Shown here in pieces: positions 10,112 through 20,573 of a DNA stretch of 64,000 nucleotides (its first letter is position 1; each line of letters opens with the position of its first letter). Origin of the DNA: Candidatus Marinacidobacterales bacterium (lineage in GTDB: Bacteria > Acidobacteriota > Vicinamibacteria > Marinacidobacterales > DATDRI01). Where the stretch lies: positions 480,001-544,000 of the forward strand of contig OZ245365.1 in the NCBI GenBank assembly GCA_965226495.1, read 5' to 3'. Below the pieces are notes generated by a model that searched no databases, was not told where the DNA came from, and saw only the letters and a program-made list of their open reading frames with translations. The position numbers and the translations under genes are program-made.

Positions 10112-11296
10112 TCAGATCGCGGCCACGGTTGCCTCGACGCGCCCCAGCGTGCGCCGAATACCTCGTTCGAAGATCTTGGTCGGCGGCAAGAGGCTCACCA
10201 CGAAGAACGCGTCGGTGGAGAAGTCGAACAAATGTCCGGGATAGACAAGAGTATCGTCGTAACGGAGAAACGCGAGCGCCCACTCTTCGGAGCTCTGAAC
10301 CTCGGGACAGCGCAGGACCGCGTACCAACCTCCTTCCGTCGGTAGTGCTTCGAGCGGTGAGAGGGTGGGGATGGCACTCCTGAGGAGCTCGCTGTTCTCG
10401 ACGAGGCGTTCCCGGATCACAGTCTGCAAGGAAGGAGCCAGGTCGAGCAGTTTTGCCGCGGCGTGTTGGACTTGAGCGCCTACGGAAAGAAACACATCAC
10501 CCACTTGTTCCAACCGCGCCAAAGTCTCGCGCCTCTTGTCTTCGGGACCGCCGGTCCAAATCCAAGCGAGCTTCATTTGCGGGAGCGCGGCGATCTTGGA
10601 GAGTCCGCTCAGGACGAAAGTCAACACATTGTTCGTTCCGACGAATGTGGAAGCACGATCCGGATCTTCTCCAAAACCATAGTCCGCGAAGACCTCATCG
10701 ACGACGAGTGCGACGTCATGCTCGCCGCACAGTGCGGTGAGCGCGGCGATCTCGGCCTGCTTCACATAGGAGCCGGTGGGGTTGTTCGGATGAACGAGTA
10801 GCAGCGCCCGGGTCCGGGGCCCCAGCTTGCTCCGAATCGTTTCGAGGTCGATGCTCCAGGAACCATCGTAGACGAGAGAGTACGAATCCGTTTCGACCGA
10901 TTCGAGGCTCGCGAGATAGTCGAAAAGGGGATAGCTGGGTCGGGGCAGGAGCACTCGATCACCCGGATCGCAGAGCACCTTGAAGAGGAAACTGTACGCC
11001 TCGCTGGTACTGGCGGTGAGGGCGACGTGCTCTGGAGAGACGATTTGCCCGCGCCGCGCGTAGTATCCGGCCACCGCCTCCCGCGCGGTGGGGAGGCCGA
11101 GGGGGGCCGGTTCGTAAGCCAATGCCCGGGGGTCGTTCAGGCTGGCCAGGATCGCATCAGACGGGTAGTCGAATCCCGCTCGTGTGGGGTTCGACTCCGT
11201 GAGGTCGAGAATCTCTGCCGCCGCACGCCGCTTTTCCTCTAGCAGAAGGGTCAGCCGGTTCGAGGCGAAGCTCCAACTCAATCGCCGGGAAAACAT
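10112..11296 (-). CDS. PLP-dependent aminotransferase class I/II
   Basis: PNNPTG, VDEVF, SGLSK (PLP lysine). Confidence 0.9.
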   Translation of the reverse strand: MFSRRLSWSFASNRLTLLLEEKRRAAAEILDLTESNPTRAGFDYPSDAILASLNDPRALAYEPAPLGLPTAREAVAGYYARRGQIVSPEHVALTASTSEAYSFLFKVLCDPGDRVLLPRPSYPLFDYLASLESVETDSYSLVYDGSWSIDLETIRSKLGPRTRALLLVHPNNPTGSYVKQAEIAALTALCGEHDVALVVDEVFADYGFGEDPDRASTFVGTNNVLTFVLSGLSKIAALPQMKLAWIWTGGPEDKRRETLARLEQVGDVFLSVGAQVQHAAAKLLDLAPSLQTVIRERLVENSELLRSAIPTLSPLEALPTEGGWYAVLRCPEVQSSEEWALAFLRYDDTLVYPGHLFDFSTDAFFVVSLLPPTKIFERGIRRTLGRVEATVAAI

Positions 11297-11329
11297 CCGA
11301 GACAGGATAGCACTTCGGCGCCCGCGCTC

Positions 11330-14300
11330 TCATGAGCTCGTGGTCACGGTGCGCGCCAGGTAGTCGCGTGCTTCTTGAAGCTCGGGAAGCCCGGGATCGG
11401 CATCCTTCCAAAGACTCAGGAATCGCTCGTATTCGGCGCGCGCCGCGACCGTGTCCCCGTTCTCCGCCAGCAGGCGAGCCAACTCCAACACGTAGCGAGG
11501 CTCGAGCATAGGGGTGAACTTGGAGGCGATATGAGGTTTGAGGAGCTTGCGGTAGATATCGATCGCCCCCTCGATGTCTCCCCGCGCCCTCCTTACTCGG
11601 GCCAGGCCGTCGCGGAGAGGGGGATTGTTGGCCGCCAGGCTCTGGACCGGCTGCGTCATGTGCAGGTGCATCTTGATTTCTGGCTCACCGGCAAGAAAAG
11701 CCTGTTCGGCGGCAGCGACATCTCCCGCCGCCAGCGCAATCTCTCCTTCGAGCGCGTGATAAGCCCACCTTTGTAAATCCCTGGCAGCATCGTGGTCGGC
11801 TTTCTGAGCTCCCAGCCGAGTGCGAGCCGCCTCGAGATTTCCTGAGCGCGCCTCCGCCGTTCCCGCCAGCAGGTCCACGAACAGTGATTGCGCTTTTCTC
11901 TGGCCTTCGTTCTCTAGCTTCGGGAGGTGCTGTCGCGCCTGCTCGGTGATCTCTACCACCTCGGGATAATCTTCTCTTTCCAGGGCCAGGGCGGCCGACA
12001 GGAGCTCGAGCGGAATAGCCACACCGAACTGTTCCAGGTCCACTGCCAGCCCAGTATTCTCGCGAATGACCTTTTCTGCTTCCTGGTTGCGACCGGTTCG
12101 AGAGAGGAGATATGCGGTCACGAACTCTCTCGAAGGTTTCAAGTTCTGAAAGCCCGCCTCGTCGATCGCCTTTTGTACCTGGGCCATTTCATTGATGGCC
12201 TCATCGTAGCGACCCAGCATCGCGAGGCCCCAAGCCCTGCCGCTATTGGCGTTGAAGAACGAGGGGTCGACCTCGAGAGCTCGCTGGTAGTTGTCGAGCG
12301 ACTTCTGCGGCTCGGCGGTAAAAAGATACGCTTCGCCCATGCTGTCGAAGGGGTTGGGCTCTTCGGGGTTGATCTCGGCGTACGTTTCCAGCTCTCGGAA
12401 GGCTTCTGGATAGCGGCCCTGGTAGAGCAAGTAGTACCCGTATTGATTGTGAAGCGCTCCGGCGCGCGGTACATTCGCCGTTCCCTGCGATAGGGTCGCC
12501 AAAGCCTCTTCCGGCTGATTGAGCGGACCCTCGTAAATGATGGAAAGAGTGAGATAGGCATCTTCCTCGTCGGGATAACGGGCGACAAGGTCCTCCAGAA
12601 TATCCCGAGCTTTCTCGGGATCTTGCTCACTCTGCCAGGCATAGGTCGCTTCGATGAGCAGACGACGCCTTTCCGGCAAACGGTCGACGTGTTCGCGCAC
12701 CTTGGCACGGTATCCTTCTTGTACCGAATCGTCGGCCCAGAGGCCCGAGATGTTGGAGAGCTCGAAGTAGCCCAGCGCGAACTGAGGATCGATCTGGATC
12801 GCCTTTTCCAGATGCTCTCGAGCGTCCGCCCAACGGAAGAGTCGGATGGCCTCCCGACCTTCGGTGTAAAGCCGATAGGCTTCCAGTGAAGCGGTCGTCA
12901 CCTCGGCGATACCCCGCTCGAGCGGAGCGTCCGTCATGTTCAAGCTGGCTCGGATACGACCGGTCAGCTCATCCACCAGCGGAAAGACGTCGTCTCCTCT
13001 CACACTGTGCGCCGACAGAATTCTTCCACTTCCGACGTCCTCGACTTGGACGTCGATACGGATTTCATCGCCGAGCTTGTAGATGCTCCCGCTGACGACG
13101 GCCCCCGCCCCGGCTCGCCGGGCGATCTCCGGTACCAGGCTGGCGTCGAGCGCGCCGAGCTGTTCCTCTCCGACTTGCATGAGGAGCTCCTGAATCCGCT
13201 GCCGGCTCACGACGTCGAGACCGGGCGTCCGCGCCAGATCGGTCAGCAACATGTTCGGCAGCCCTTTAGAGAGCCAGCGGATCTCCTCCGAGCCGGTGTT
13301 GTCCTCGAAGTACATCACGGCGATGGCGGGTCGGCCCGAGGCTCCGATACCGGTGGGCTCAGAGCTCCGCGACACAAAATAAATCGACAGGGTGGCGAGG
13401 ACAATCGCACTCACCGCGACAAAGGCGGCGCGAATCTCCTTCGGCAATCTGAGGGCAAAAGCCGGCCGAGTCCCACTTCCCAAACGGTCACGAACTTCGC
13501 GAAGCTCCTGAGCAACGTCTCTCATCCGTTGATAGCGGCTGTCGGGCTCCTTGCTCAGAGACGTTCGCAAGATGCGAGGAAGTTCGGGAACGAGAGAGGT
13601 GATGTCGTCGGGGAGGGGAGCCGGACTTTCTTTCAGAATGGCGCTCAAAGTCTCCGCCACGCTGGCTCTCTTGAACGGTGGCTCGCCCGCCAGCATCTCG
13701 TGGAAGACAACCCCAAAGGAAAAGACATCGGTCCGCGCATCGACGGCTTTGGCTCGCGCCTGCTCGGGCGACATGTAGGCCACGGTTCCGAGGACCAGGC
13801 CGTCTTGGGTCCGGACGAGAGTCTCCGCTTCGTGCTCGACGGTATTGCCATCCGGCGACGGAACCGGCTCGCCCAGTTTGGCTAGACCGAAGTCGATGAT
13901 CTTGGCGTAGCCGTCCTCCGATAGAAGAACATTCTCCGGCTTCAAGTCGCGATGAACGACGCCTCGCTCATGCGCTTTGGCGAGCCCCTCGGCGATTTGA
14001 TGCGCTAGCTCGAGCGACTTCCGAAGACGTAGCTTTCCATCGCGGATCGCGTCACGGAGGCTCTCACCCCGCACGTACTCCATCGCGATGAACGTATGCC
14101 CATCGACTTCGTCGATATCGTAAATCGCCGCGATGTTGGGATGCTCCATCGCCGCCGCGGCCCGCGCCTCCTGCATGAAGCGTTGCCGTCGTGATTCGTC
14201 TTTAGTGAGCTCGATGGGAAGGAACTTGAGAGCGACTTTACGCTGAAGCTTCGTATCCTCGGCGAGATAGACTGCCCCCATTCCGCCCTCGCCTAGTTTC

Positions 14301-14338
14301 TCGAGGATTTGGTAGTGACTGACGGTTTTTCCGAGCAT
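11330..14338 (-). CDS. Ser/Thr protein kinase - TM - TolB_N-like domain - TPR repeats (paralog 1)
   Basis: GEGGMG, VALK, HRDLKPEN, DFG, YMSPEQ; single TM; AIAVMYFED domain; TPRs. Start taken at ATG 14338 by analogy with the paralogs. Confidence 0.92.
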   Translation of the reverse strand: MLGKTVSHYQILEKLGEGGMGAVYLAEDTKLQRKVALKFLPIELTKDESRRQRFMQEARAAAAMEHPNIAAIYDIDEVDGHTFIAMEYVRGESLRDAIRDGKLRLRKSLELAHQIAEGLAKAHERGVVHRDLKPENVLLSEDGYAKIIDFGLAKLGEPVPSPDGNTVEHEAETLVRTQDGLVLGTVAYMSPEQARAKAVDARTDVFSFGVVFHEMLAGEPPFKRASVAETLSAILKESPAPLPDDITSLVPELPRILRTSLSKEPDSRYQRMRDVAQELREVRDRLGSGTRPAFALRLPKEIRAAFVAVSAIVLATLSIYFVSRSSEPTGIGASGRPAIAVMYFEDNTGSEEIRWLSKGLPNMLLTDLARTPGLDVVSRQRIQELLMQVGEEQLGALDASLVPEIARRAGAGAVVSGSIYKLGDEIRIDVQVEDVGSGRILSAHSVRGDDVFPLVDELTGRIRASLNMTDAPLERGIAEVTTASLEAYRLYTEGREAIRLFRWADAREHLEKAIQIDPQFALGYFELSNISGLWADDSVQEGYRAKVREHVDRLPERRRLLIEATYAWQSEQDPEKARDILEDLVARYPDEEDAYLTLSIIYEGPLNQPEEALATLSQGTANVPRAGALHNQYGYYLLYQGRYPEAFRELETYAEINPEEPNPFDSMGEAYLFTAEPQKSLDNYQRALEVDPSFFNANSGRAWGLAMLGRYDEAINEMAQVQKAIDEAGFQNLKPSREFVTAYLLSRTGRNQEAEKVIRENTGLAVDLEQFGVAIPLELLSAALALEREDYPEVVEITEQARQHLPKLENEGQRKAQSLFVDLLAGTAEARSGNLEAARTRLGAQKADHDAARDLQRWAYHALEGEIALAAGDVAAAEQAFLAGEPEIKMHLHMTQPVQSLAANNPPLRDGLARVRRARGDIEGAIDIYRKLLKPHIASKFTPMLEPRYVLELARLLAENGDTVAARAEYERFLSLWKDADPGLPELQEARDYLARTVTTSS

Positions 14339-14444
14339 ACGGGGGCCTCTGACCACGTCCGGACCGTGGCACTCCCATTATAGAAATGTGCTTCCCACCT
14401 ATCAAGGAAAGCTGTTCGCGATTATGCGATCCAGAAGGTTGGAG

Positions 14445-17420
14445 TCAGCTGGCGAGATAGGACTGGGCTTCTTGGAGCTCGGGAAGCCCTTGGTCGGCGT
14501 CCTTCCATAAATCCAGGAAACGCTGGTACTCCTGGCGCGCGGCGCCGGTATCTCCTGATTTCTCGAGCAAACGCGCCAACTCCAGCACGTAGCGCGGCTC
14601 GAGCGCGGCCGTCCACTTGGAATCGATGCCTGGAACGAGGAGATTCCGGTAGATCTCGATGGCTCCGGCTAAATCTCCCTGGATTTCCTTGATACGGGCT
14701 CGAGCGTCGCGGAAGGGGAGGTTGTTCGCGAAAGCGGACCAACTACCTTGGCTGTTGCTGAACCATGCTTTGTGCTCCGGCAAACCGGCGACGAAAGCCG
14801 TTTCCGCGGCCTCGAGATCTCCGGCGGCGATGTCGATCTCTGCCTCGAGCGCATAGAGCCACCAGTCTCCAAAGACATCGTTGGGATTGTGGATCTCCTT
14901 CTGAGCCTCGTGGTGCGCCCGGGCGGCATCGAGTCTACCCAATCGGGTTTCGGCCACACCCGCCAGGAGGTGTGCCAATACCGCCCCCCGGCTCTTCAGA
15001 TACTCATCGGGCAAGCCTTCCTTGGCCTGGCTCAAGCTCTCGAGCGCCAGCTCGTAGTCGCCTTGCTCGATCGCCACCTGAGCGGCCAGCAATAGAAGTT
15101 GGGCACGAAGATTCTTCTGCCCTTCCTCCTGCGCCTGCTCGATCCCTTTGCGCAGACGCTCTTCCGCTTCGGCGTAACGCCCGATCCGGGACAACGCGAA
15201 CGCCCAGCCGAACTGGTTTCCTGCGGTCGGCAGACCGCTATCGGTAATGACGCTCTCGTTCTCGGTCAGCTCTTCGAGGGCGTCATCGTAGCGGCCGAGG
15301 ATCGCGAAGGCCCAAGCGCGACCTCCGTGCGAGGCGAAAAAGGTCGGGTCCACCTCGAGCGCGCGTGTGTATTCTTCGGCCGCTTTCAGGGGCTGGCCGC
15401 TGATCAAATAAGCCTCTGCCAAGCTGTCGTGGGGATTGGGTTCGTTTGGCTTCAACCGCGCATAGGTCTCGAATTGATGGATAGCCTCCTCGTGACGGCC
15501 TGTCCCCAAAAGGTGGTAGCCATACTGGTTGCGAAGAAGACCCGAGTCGGGGACCGCGGCGACGCCGCGTTCGAGCGCGGCGCCATATTTCTCGGTCTGA
15601 TTTCCCTCTCCGTAGAGCTCGGCCAGCAGGAAGTACGCTTCCTCCTCATCTGGATAGCGAGCGAGCAATGTTTCCAGGAGCTCTTCGGCTTTCTCGGGAT
15701 CTTTGTCCTCTTGGACCGCTTTGGCGGCATCAACCAGCAGCCTTTTCCGTTCCGGCAGCCGATCCATGTACTCGAGAACCTTGCGACGGTACTCGTCGTT
15801 CGAGCCCGACTCGCCCACGCGCTCCGGAGTCTTCGCGAGCTCGTAGTAGGCCATCGCAAAAGCGGGGTCGATCTCGATCGCTTTCTCGAGCAGGTCCCGA
15901 GCATCCACCCGACGCAGGTTTCTTCGGGCTTCGACGCCCTCGGAGTACAAGCGGTAGGCCTCGAGAGACGCCGTCGTCACCTCGGCGATGCCGCGGCCGA
16001 CTGGCGCGTCGGTCATGTCGAGACTGCGGCGAATCTGTCCCGAGAGCTCGTCGACAAGTGGGAAGACGTCGTTTCCTCTTACGCTGTGCGCGGACAAGAT
16101 CCGGCCGCTCCCGACGTCTTCCACCTGGACGTCGATGCGGATGTCGTCGCCTACCTTATATATACTCCCTCCGACGACCGCTCCCGCCCCCGCCTGGCGA
16201 GCGACCTCGGGTATCAAGCTGGCATCGATCGCTTCCAGGTCGTCCTGTCCCACTTGCTTCAGGATCTCTAGGATGCGCTGACGGCTCACCACGTCCAGAC
16301 CGGGCGTTTGCGCGAGATCTGTGAGGAGCATGTTGGGGAGCCCTTTTGAGAGCCATCGGATTTCTTCCGAGCCGGTGTTGTCTTCGAAATACATCACCGC
16401 GATGGCCGGCCGGCCCGCGGCTCCGATGCCTCGCGGGGTATTATCACGAAGCAGCAACCAGGATACGGCTGCCAGGGCGACCGCAACCACGGCCAGCGCC
16501 GCGACCTGAAGCCACTTCGGTAGCCTCAACCCGCCGAGCGCGGGATGTACTCCGCTCCCCAATTCCTCCCGGATCTCTTTGAGGTGGGCGGCGAGATCCT
16601 TCATCTGTGCGTATCGGCTTTCGGGATCCTTCGCCAGCGATTTTTTCAGGACCGGTTGAAGCTCCGGCGCGGTCCCGGTGACCTCTGCAGGCAGTGCCGG
16701 TGGGCTCTCCTTCAGGATGGCGCTCAAAGTTTCGGCGACGCTCCCGCGATTGAACGGTGCCTTTCCGGTCAGCATCTCCTGGAGCACGACCCCAAGCGAA
16801 AAGATGTCGGTTCGAGCGTCGACCGGATTGGCGCGCGCCTGCTCCGGGGACATATACGCGATCGTCCCGAGGACAAGGCCTTCCTGGGTCTTGACCAGTG
16901 TCTCGGCGTCATGGCCCACTTCAGGCTCGCCACCGGGAGTCGAGTGCGGCCCTGCCAGCTTGGCGAGGCCGAAGTCGATGATCTTGGCGAAGCCATCTTC
17001 CGAGAGGAGGACGTTTTCCGGCTTGAGGTCGCGGTGAATGACGCCCCGTTCGTGAGCCTTGGCCAGCCCGTCGGCCATCTGGCTGCCGAGCTCCAGGGCC
17101 CGGCGAACACTGAGATGGCCCTCGCGGATAACCTGGCGGAGACTCTTGCCCCGCACGAACTCCATGGCGATGAAGGTCCGGCCGTCGATCTCGTCGATGT
17201 CGTAGATGGCGGCGATGTTGGGGTGCTCCATGGACGCCGCGGCCCGTGCTTCCTGGATGAAGCGCTGCTTCCGGGACTCGTCCTTGGTGAGATCGGACGG
17301 GAGGAACTTGAGGGCGACCCTCCTCTGGAGCTTGGTATCCTCGGCCAGGAAGATCTCTCCCATACCGCCTTCGCCGATTTTCTCCAGAATCTTGTAGTGG
17401 AGGACGGTAGTCCCTATCAT
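14445..17420 (-). CDS. Ser/Thr protein kinase - TM - TolB_N-like - TPR (paralog 2)
   Basis: Same motif set and architecture; start MIGTTVLHY at 17420. Confidence 0.92.
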   Translation of the reverse strand: MIGTTVLHYKILEKIGEGGMGEIFLAEDTKLQRRVALKFLPSDLTKDESRKQRFIQEARAAASMEHPNIAAIYDIDEIDGRTFIAMEFVRGKSLRQVIREGHLSVRRALELGSQMADGLAKAHERGVIHRDLKPENVLLSEDGFAKIIDFGLAKLAGPHSTPGGEPEVGHDAETLVKTQEGLVLGTIAYMSPEQARANPVDARTDIFSLGVVLQEMLTGKAPFNRGSVAETLSAILKESPPALPAEVTGTAPELQPVLKKSLAKDPESRYAQMKDLAAHLKEIREELGSGVHPALGGLRLPKWLQVAALAVVAVALAAVSWLLLRDNTPRGIGAAGRPAIAVMYFEDNTGSEEIRWLSKGLPNMLLTDLAQTPGLDVVSRQRILEILKQVGQDDLEAIDASLIPEVARQAGAGAVVGGSIYKVGDDIRIDVQVEDVGSGRILSAHSVRGNDVFPLVDELSGQIRRSLDMTDAPVGRGIAEVTTASLEAYRLYSEGVEARRNLRRVDARDLLEKAIEIDPAFAMAYYELAKTPERVGESGSNDEYRRKVLEYMDRLPERKRLLVDAAKAVQEDKDPEKAEELLETLLARYPDEEEAYFLLAELYGEGNQTEKYGAALERGVAAVPDSGLLRNQYGYHLLGTGRHEEAIHQFETYARLKPNEPNPHDSLAEAYLISGQPLKAAEEYTRALEVDPTFFASHGGRAWAFAILGRYDDALEELTENESVITDSGLPTAGNQFGWAFALSRIGRYAEAEERLRKGIEQAQEEGQKNLRAQLLLLAAQVAIEQGDYELALESLSQAKEGLPDEYLKSRGAVLAHLLAGVAETRLGRLDAARAHHEAQKEIHNPNDVFGDWWLYALEAEIDIAAGDLEAAETAFVAGLPEHKAWFSNSQGSWSAFANNLPFRDARARIKEIQGDLAGAIEIYRNLLVPGIDSKWTAALEPRYVLELARLLEKSGDTGAARQEYQRFLDLWKDADQGLPELQEAQSYLAS

Positions 17421-17487
17421 CGCCGCAGAATACCTCCCCAATAGATACGGATCCAGGCCCAGTGTGGTTCCCTGGGTGGTACCAAAT

Positions 17488-17543
17488 GCACATTTTTAGA
17501 TCAGACCCCACCGATAGGACTGGGGTCTGATCTAAAAATGTGC
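17488..17543. repeat. Perfect 23-bp inverted repeat with 10-nt loop (GATCAGACCCC core)
   Basis: gcacatttttagatcagacccca-ccgataggac-tggggtctgatctaaaaatgtgc between kinase paralogs 3 and 2. Confidence 0.85.
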
Positions 17544-17561
17544 GGAGCCAGAACCCCGTTT

Positions 17562-20525
17562 CTATTGCAGGTAGGCTTGGGCTTCGGCGAGCTCAGGCAG
17601 TCCTGGGTCGGCGTTCTTCCATAACTCGAGGAATCGCTGGTACTCGGCTCGCGCTCCCGCTTTGTCGCCGGTCTCGTCCAGAAGCCGCGCCAACTCTAGG
17701 ACATAGCGCGGCTCCAGCATGGCGACCCACTTCGAGCTCATGTCGGCGGTGAGTAGCGCCCGATAGATTCTAATGGCGCCGGCTAAATCTCCCTGCGCTT
17801 TCTTCACTCTGGCTAGTCCATCCCGCGACGGGGTGTGATTGGAAAAAAGGCTCACCATCGGGAAACCGTTGCTGAACACCATCTTGAACTCGGGTTCACC
17901 CTCTGAAAACGCCGTTTCGGCGACCTCGAGCTCGCCCGAGGCAAGTGCGATCTCCCCCCGCAACGCCTGGTAGAACCAGCTTTCGAATTCGACTTGCGCG
18001 TCGTGGACTTCCCGTAGGGTGTCTAGAATCTTGCGGGCCGCGTCCAAGTCGCCCCTTCGAGTTTCCGCTACCCCTTCCCATAACTCGACGGCGACGCTCA
18101 GGGTGTCCTGATGTATCGCGGTGGCAACTTGTGGGATCAACTCGCGGGCTCGCCTCGCGCTTTCGATGCACTCAGAATATTCCCCGAGCTCCAGCGACAG
18201 CGCAGCTGACAGCAGATGGAGGTAGGCTCGGGCGTTGGGGGCGGGGTTTTTCGCCAGAAGCTCGCGGCTTCGCGCTATCTTTGCCTTTGCATCGACGTAC
18301 CGACCCACTCGAGATAGGGAGAATGCCTCCAGGGACAGAATGCCGCTGGGGGCAAAAGGATTATCCTCCGCCTCAAGAACCTTGTTCCACTCATCGAGCG
18401 ACTCTTCGTACCGCCCCAAAATGGCGAAGGACCAAGCGCGCCCGGAATGAGAGGGGCCAAAGTCGGGTTCGAGCTCGAGGACGGCCGCGTATTTCTCCAA
18501 GGCTTTTTCCGCTTGGCCGGTATAGAGGTAAGCCTCGGCCAAACTATCCCGTGGGTTGGGCTCCCCCGGAGTCAGCGCGGCATACTTTTCCATTTGACGC
18601 AATCCTTCCGCGTACCGGCCCTGATAGAGCAGGCTGTACCCATAGTCGTTGCGAAGATGCCCGACGTCGGGAGCGACCTCGATGGCTCGTTCCAATAGGG
18701 CGAGGTTCTTATCGAGGTTGGGTTCGATTCGGATGTGCTCCGAGTAAGCATCCGTCTCATCGGGATAACGTTCGATGAGTGTCTCGAGGAGTTCGAGCGC
18801 CTTCTCGGTGTCTCCCTCGAACCGATTCGCGTACTGGGCCTGGACTAACAGCTTCTGTCTCTCCGGCAAGCGATCGAGGTTCTCCAGCACTTTTTCTCGA
18901 TGTCCTTCGGCCAGCGTCGTTTCTCCCAGGCTCAGAGCCAGCGTCGAGAGTTCGTAATGGGCCATGGCGAACGACGGGTCGACTTTCACGGCTTGCTCGA
19001 AAAGCTTCTTCGCTCCGTCGTAATGGAAATTCCTGCGCTTGTCGACACCTTCGCTATAAAGCTGAAAAGCTTCCAGCGAAGGGGTGGTCACGTCGGCCAG
19101 TGGGCGATCAGCGGCGCTGTCTCCTATTTGGAGGCTGGCGCGGATCCGCGCGGTGAGCTCGTCAACGAGCGGGAAAACATCTTGGCCTTGCACGCGGTCC
19201 GCGGAAAGAATGCGGCCGGTGCTGACATCTTGCACTTGAACGTCGATGCGGACCTCGTCGCCGGACTTGAAAATGCTTCCCACGACCACGGCGCCCGCCC
19301 CAGCCTTGCGCGCGATCTCATCGACCAGGCCCTTGTCGATATTCTCAAGATCCTCTTGTCCGATCTGCTTGAGGATCTTCTGGATACGCTCGCTGCTCAC
19401 GACGTCAAGGCCTGGGGTCTGCGCGAGATCGGTGATCAACATGTTGGGCAGTCCTTTGGAGAGCCAACGGACTTCCTCGTCGCCGCTCATACTCTCGAAA
19501 TACAGGACCGCGACCGCCGGGCGACCCGAGGCGCCGATTCCGGTAGGTTCGGGATCGCCGCGGAAGATTGACCAGCCCACGACGACACCGAGTAACGCCA
19601 CCGCGGCGACCGCAACCCACTGCCACGGGAACCTGCCCGCGGCAGGAGCCGCGACGGCTTCCCGCGACGTGCTCAAGAGCTCTTCCCGAAGCTCCTTCAG
19701 ATCGATCGCTAGGTCCTTCATGCTCTGGTAGCGTTCATTGAGCTCCTTGGCCATGGCCTTTTTCAAGACCCGGCGGACATCGGGCTGGAGCTCGGCGGAA
19801 GACTTGAGGGCTGGCGGTGTTTCGTTCAGGACCGCACTCATGCTTTCGGCGAGGCTCTTCTTGCGAAAGGGGGAGTTGCCCGCGAGCATTTCGTAGAGCA
19901 CCACCCCGAAAGAAAAGATGTCGGTCCGGGCGTCGATGGCTTCGCCCCGTGCCTGCTCGGGCGACATGTAGGAGATGGTCCCCATGACCAAGCCCTCTTT
20001 CGTTTTGAGCTTGGTCTCGGAGTCCTCGGTGGCGTCGGCCCCCGGAACGAAGGGCTCGAGGAGTTTGGCCAGGCCGAAGTCGATAATTTTGGCGTATCCG
20101 TCTTCCGAGACGAGGAGGTTGTCTGGCTTGATGTCGCGGTGGACGACGCCCCGTTCGTGCGCCTTCGCCAGCCCGTCGGCGATCTGGAATCCGAGCTCGA
20201 GCGAACGACGGAGGTTGAGCTTGTCGGATTCGATGAGCTCCTTGAGACTTTGTCCCGGGATGTACTCCATGGCGATGAACGTACGCCCATCGGCTTCGTC
20301 GATGTCATAGACCGCGGCGATGTGAGGATGTTGGATGGCAGCAGCGGCGCGTGCTTCCTGGATGAAGCGCTGCTTCCGTTCATCGTCTCGGGTGAGTGCC
20401 TCGGATAGAAACTTGAGCGACACCTGGCGCTTCAGCTTGGTGTCCTCGGCGAGGTACACCGCGCCCATGCCCCCTTCCCCGATCTTCTCGAGGATTTTGT
20501 AATGCGAGACCGTAGTGCCTATCAT
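17562..20525 (-). CDS. Ser/Thr protein kinase - TM - TolB_N-like - TPR (paralog 3)
   Basis: GEGGMG, VSLK, HRDIKPDN, DFG, YMSPEQ; TM; TPRs. Confidence 0.92.
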   Translation of the reverse strand: MIGTTVSHYKILEKIGEGGMGAVYLAEDTKLKRQVSLKFLSEALTRDDERKQRFIQEARAAAAIQHPHIAAVYDIDEADGRTFIAMEYIPGQSLKELIESDKLNLRRSLELGFQIADGLAKAHERGVVHRDIKPDNLLVSEDGYAKIIDFGLAKLLEPFVPGADATEDSETKLKTKEGLVMGTISYMSPEQARGEAIDARTDIFSFGVVLYEMLAGNSPFRKKSLAESMSAVLNETPPALKSSAELQPDVRRVLKKAMAKELNERYQSMKDLAIDLKELREELLSTSREAVAAPAAGRFPWQWVAVAAVALLGVVVGWSIFRGDPEPTGIGASGRPAVAVLYFESMSGDEEVRWLSKGLPNMLITDLAQTPGLDVVSSERIQKILKQIGQEDLENIDKGLVDEIARKAGAGAVVVGSIFKSGDEVRIDVQVQDVSTGRILSADRVQGQDVFPLVDELTARIRASLQIGDSAADRPLADVTTPSLEAFQLYSEGVDKRRNFHYDGAKKLFEQAVKVDPSFAMAHYELSTLALSLGETTLAEGHREKVLENLDRLPERQKLLVQAQYANRFEGDTEKALELLETLIERYPDETDAYSEHIRIEPNLDKNLALLERAIEVAPDVGHLRNDYGYSLLYQGRYAEGLRQMEKYAALTPGEPNPRDSLAEAYLYTGQAEKALEKYAAVLELEPDFGPSHSGRAWSFAILGRYEESLDEWNKVLEAEDNPFAPSGILSLEAFSLSRVGRYVDAKAKIARSRELLAKNPAPNARAYLHLLSAALSLELGEYSECIESARRARELIPQVATAIHQDTLSVAVELWEGVAETRRGDLDAARKILDTLREVHDAQVEFESWFYQALRGEIALASGELEVAETAFSEGEPEFKMVFSNGFPMVSLFSNHTPSRDGLARVKKAQGDLAGAIRIYRALLTADMSSKWVAMLEPRYVLELARLLDETGDKAGARAEYQRFLELWKNADPGLPELAEAQAYLQ

Positions 20526-20530
20526 TTTCT

Positions 20531-20570
20531 TTCTCCCTCTCCCCTTTGGGGAGAGGGTTGGGGTGAGGGG
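20531..20570 (-). repeat. REP-like element, copy 2 (fills the paralog 4/3 spacer)
   Basis: Minus-strand cccctcaccccaaccctctccccaaaggggagagggagaa, identical over 40 bp to 23547-23586. Confidence 0.85.
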
Positions 20571-20573
20571 GGC